Positions 60,299 to 64,000 of a DNA stretch of 64,000 nucleotides are shown here, in pieces (position 1 is the stretch's first letter; each line of letters opens with the position of its first letter). Origin of the DNA: Lepidodermella squamata (lineage: Eukaryota; Animalia; Gastrotricha); assembly GCA_047495785.1 (NCBI GenBank), contig JBLDXI010000015.1, forward strand, positions 2,666,001-2,730,000. The letters run 5' to 3'. Under the pieces are notes generated by a model, which did not search any database, had not been told where the DNA came from, and saw only the letters and a list, made by a program, of their open reading frames with translations. The position numbers and the translations under genes are program-made.

Positions 60299-62245
60299 AG
60301 GCCTACTTTGATACGTTTAGATCATCTACCGTTTCGGTGATCATAAAGTAGCTTAGCTCTAGCCTTAATAAAATGCCTTAGTTTCGTACCTTCCGAAGTG
60401 TCTTTTTGCTCAGTCACACTAACATCAAACAAGTCGGGTCGTAGGTCATGATCGCGTGATCGCGAGAACCCGTCTCCGTTACATCAATCGAAGTGTGAAA
60501 ATCGCGCCAAATTAAACTTTGAAATAAAATTACTAACACATCAGCTTTATACTCTCGTATTCGCTATAACTTAGCTATAACTTTCCGTGAAAAATGCCTC
60601 TACAAGCACCACTCGTTTTGATGTCGTTACTGCGTCGCCGTCAAATGGCGCGCATCCGGAATAGCATTATCATGCTAGCCGTTGTCAGCAGCATGGTCAA
60701 TCGATGTCGCTGGTTGGCGCCGAGGTCTACCCACTGGTGGGATTACGTCGTTCCACAGTTCAACGATCGCGAGTTCGTCGATCGATTTCGGTTAACCAAA
60801 CGATTTGCGCCATGATTTTCGAGTCCTCAAGCATTTGCTGCTGCTGCGCGGTGGTGGTTTCAATAATGAACTTAGCTAGGTTTTGCTTAGAACCCCCCGA
60901 GGCGTGGCTATTCCGTTTGGTCTTAACAAAGCCCGGCTTGAATTTTACGATGAATTTTACTCACCCTCCTGCACACCGCTGGAACCCCCGGCATTTTCGA
61001 AGCCCGGATTTAACAGAGGCAGGCCTTGATCCCCATCGGCTCGACCCTGCCTTATCCAGTTCAATTTCGGGGAGTTCCTCATCGCTTACGCTTACAACCT
61101 ACATCTTCGTTGTCGCTCTGATCAGCACCAGCGTCGAAAGAGTTAACGGGGACGCTACCCGGCCGATTGGCCATGAATTTGTGCATCTCCTTATAGTACT
61201 TGAACTTGGCGGCACCCTCACCCGTCTTCTTGAGCCTTTTTGCCTCATCGTTGTAGTCCCGAATCACCCGCTTAACCTTATTCTTACATTGGTCCTCAGT
61301 ACTAAAAATCCCGGATTGCTCTAACTCGACGGAAATTTTGCTAAAATCCCATGTACTTAATTGGGCCCCCTTGCGGTCACGTAATTATGCTGCTCTTCCA
61401 TCAGCGAGATGACGACCAAAGTTTCCAAATCGGACCACCTACCACCAGCACCCCCTTCTTCCTGCCCGTCCTCGACCTGCCTCCCACGCTTAGCCGGCGC
61501 CTTCCTAACGCCACCTTTGATAGCCGCCTTTACAACCTTAGGCGTAGAGTCAAAGGAGCCCTCACCCTCACCCCCACCCCATTCCTCACCACCGGCTGCT
61601 ACAGCCGAAATGCGCCGTTTGCCAGCAAGTTTAGAAGACATTGACGGAATCAACAGCACGAAATATTGAGAAATTGAATTGAGAAATATTTCCGATAGGC
61701 GAGAGGTAGAATGAACGAATGAAAGAAGAAGAAGAAGAACATCTCCTATCTGCACTCATACGCATTTCTCGCGCGCGCAGCAGGTGAACGACTAAAAAAG
61801 TCACAATGCGTGAAAACTCAAGTACGCGCTACCCAGGGCCCATAGCCACAGCTGACAGCCGTAAAGTTACTCATCCGTCAAAATTTCGTCTCTTTCAGTT
61901 AACGATCTGATCACCGCATGTAACGAAGGTCCATTTGAGGAAAGTATAACATTATTCCAAGGTGAGCGAATAACTTTCCAAGGAGAGCGAGACGTAAAAT
62001 TAGTACCGTTAAATAGGCGGGAGTTGAATTTACCGAGATGATAACAAGACGGTTATCATCGAGCAACATGCGAGGAAAAAATTATGATAAACGGAAATTT
62101 CAAACGGAAAAAGTCGCCAACGACGAGGCGCCAACGAGAGCGGGAGCGAAGTAGAGCGAACGAGAGCGAAACCGCTTGTGTAAACGCGCCTAATATGGGC
62201 CCGGAATTGATCTAAAAAATCCTTAGAATGATCAAAACTCAAGCG
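60299..62245. mobile_element. Internally deleted PIF/Harbinger transposon: truncated HARBI1-like transposase (+, from 60594) and Myb/SANT trihelix gene (-, ~61643-61000, disrupted)
   Basis: RSTHWWDYVV..EFVDRFRL; RWSDLETLVVI...EDQCKNKVKRVIRDY..FKYYKEM; right end only approximate. Confidence 0.7.
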
Positions 62246-62849
62246 CTTCTAAAAATGCAGAAAAATTGCGATTTCATAAAAGCGACATAATATCATGATG
62301 AACCATGATGGGGCGCGATTTTAGTTTGCTTGGAAATATTTTTGAGCGCCCTGCATTGTAAGGCATCATTATTTCTCGCCAATATCTTTTTGATTTGTAA
62401 TTTTTTGAAACTTGGTACTAATTGAAAAATGTACTCTTGATGCGCGCGCTTCACATGATTCACTTGTTCACTTCGGGTTGACTGACTTGTGGTTTTCTTG
62501 TGATTTTGCAGCGCGCGCGTAGACAGCTGCAATTATTTGTTGCGCAATAAATGCGCGCAACGTGCGGTTACGCGTGAATTTAACCAACCAATAAGAGCGC
62601 GCGCGCGGAGGAATCACCGGCGGATGGGGAAATGTGCCAAATTATCTATATGAATACAGAGATAACCAAGCGATAACTCGCCAATTCATATTAACTGTTC
62701 CGTTCATCGAGTTCTATGGAAATTAGGCGAATGGAGATAAGGATAATATAGATTCACCTGCTTGACAGTATCATTTTCGTTTCCTGATTTTCGTTTCACC
62801 TAACAGTCTGTTTCCCATTACGCTCTTGGGTCATCGAAAACCATCTCAA

Positions 62850-64000
62850 ATGATATTAAAATCCCAAATATGTCTAACGGCAGTTTTCAGCATAATAGGT
62901 AGATCGGCAGGTATGAACTTTGAACTTAGAATCGTAACACGTCATACTACGATCTGTTCAATTTTAGAAGCTAGCAGCAGTGAATGTTGGTTTATCCCGC
63001 AGCGTAAGGTGAATACAAATGACACGCATCTCGCTCGATTGATCACTTGCCCAAATGGTTGTCAAGTAAGTCTTCGTAAAAGTCATAAATGTACAGTGAT
63101 GTAATATAGCAATTACGCTATAAGCAATTAAGAGAAATGTCCCTCGATGTGTGCTGTGATCCGGTGACGAATTTAACATACCGCCATAGGGATATGGAAT
63201 CTGAAGGCTGCTATGATGGGCCAGATCGTTCATCAATCTCGCAAAAGATATCTGTTCTTAAAAATGGCCTCCGGCAGCCGGTTCGGTATTGCAAAAGCGG
63301 CAAGTGCTTAAATGACGAGGCGTATCCACGCTGGGACAAGTTTCTACATTCTATCGCGAAATTTCATTTCCAGCAGATCCCACAAACCGCTAATAATTCT
63401 TCAAAGTTGCATTGTATGGTTGGCACGGGCCGCAAGAATCATCAGCAGGCGAATTGTCACGCCTGCTCACTAGAATTCCAAATAGACAATGGGAGGTACT
63501 CAAATCGTAGGTAAGTATTAAATTTCAAAGGCGTGTTAAATGTGGTGTCTCATTAAACAAAGTAGATTCAAATGCTTAAGCCCCGGAAATGAAAGCAACA
63601 TCCATTATAAATTCGAAAAGGCTGACAACACTTATCGCGGCGTGTGTTATTATGCTGATTTTTGCTTCAATCTCGAGCTATTCATAGCTTACGCATCGCT
63701 CAGCCACGAGCAGACTTCCACTCTATCGACTGGCTACTACACAGAACCGACTACTACTAAACCGGCAACAATCCCATCAACCAAGTCTGTCGCTACAACT
63801 TCAATTGCTGAAACAACCGAAACAGCCAGTTTAAAGCCGAAGAAAGAAAAGCCTACTTCTGTTCCGCTGAAAACGCCAGACTCGCCTCCTAAGAAATCTT
63901 GGTTCGTAATTATAGCCTGCATTCTTTTCTCAGTGATCGGATTAGCACAGATTGGTTACGCATGTATAAGTTTTTGCGGAGGTGTAACTCGGCCGCATTC
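62850..64000 (+). CDS. Third, more divergent Ly6/three-finger-like single-pass protein (runs off the right edge)
   Basis: Signal peptide, ECW..TCPNGCQ..EGC..YCKSGKCLN, LHCMVG..CHAC..FKC..VCYYADFCFN, Thr-rich stalk, TM SWFVIIACILFSVIGL; intron phases shared with copies A/B. Confidence 0.7.

Noticed and set aside
60704-61324. 206 aa plus-strand ORF
   Set aside because: Antisense to the Harbinger Myb-like gene; no domain features

Overview
AT-rich genomic DNA from an invertebrate animal (short ~48-70 bp GT-AG introns, frequent TTTCAG acceptors; taxon not identifiable from sequence alone), dense with transposons and shaped by local tandem duplications. Host genes: three paralogous secreted 7xCCP/sushi proteins (one runs off the left edge), a catalytically dead M1 aminopeptidase-N-like protein plus a 3' pseudogene fragment, two tandem MGNGC-start (predicted acylated) globins, a type II membrane DxD glycosyltransferase-like gene, a truncated nAChR fragment, and a duplicated gene pair of [two Ly6/three-finger-like domains + mucin stalk + TM] followed by a divergent Cys-loop receptor subunit with about three extra C-terminal hydrophobic helices (a third Ly6-like gene starts at the right edge). 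Mobile elements: an intact-looking 4.4 kb pogo (DD35D) transposon that, after splicing, encodes a transposase-OTU deubiquitinase fusion plus a separate HIRAN-domain protein and carries a tRNA-like Pol III cassette; a full-length Ty3/gypsy element with identical 192 bp LTRs; RTE, CR1-like and Harbinger remnants; many MITEs. The best candidates for an undescribed system are the HIRAN + transposase-OTU pogo element and the Ly6-like/extended Cys-loop gene pair. All gene models and domain calls were made by eye, without database searches.
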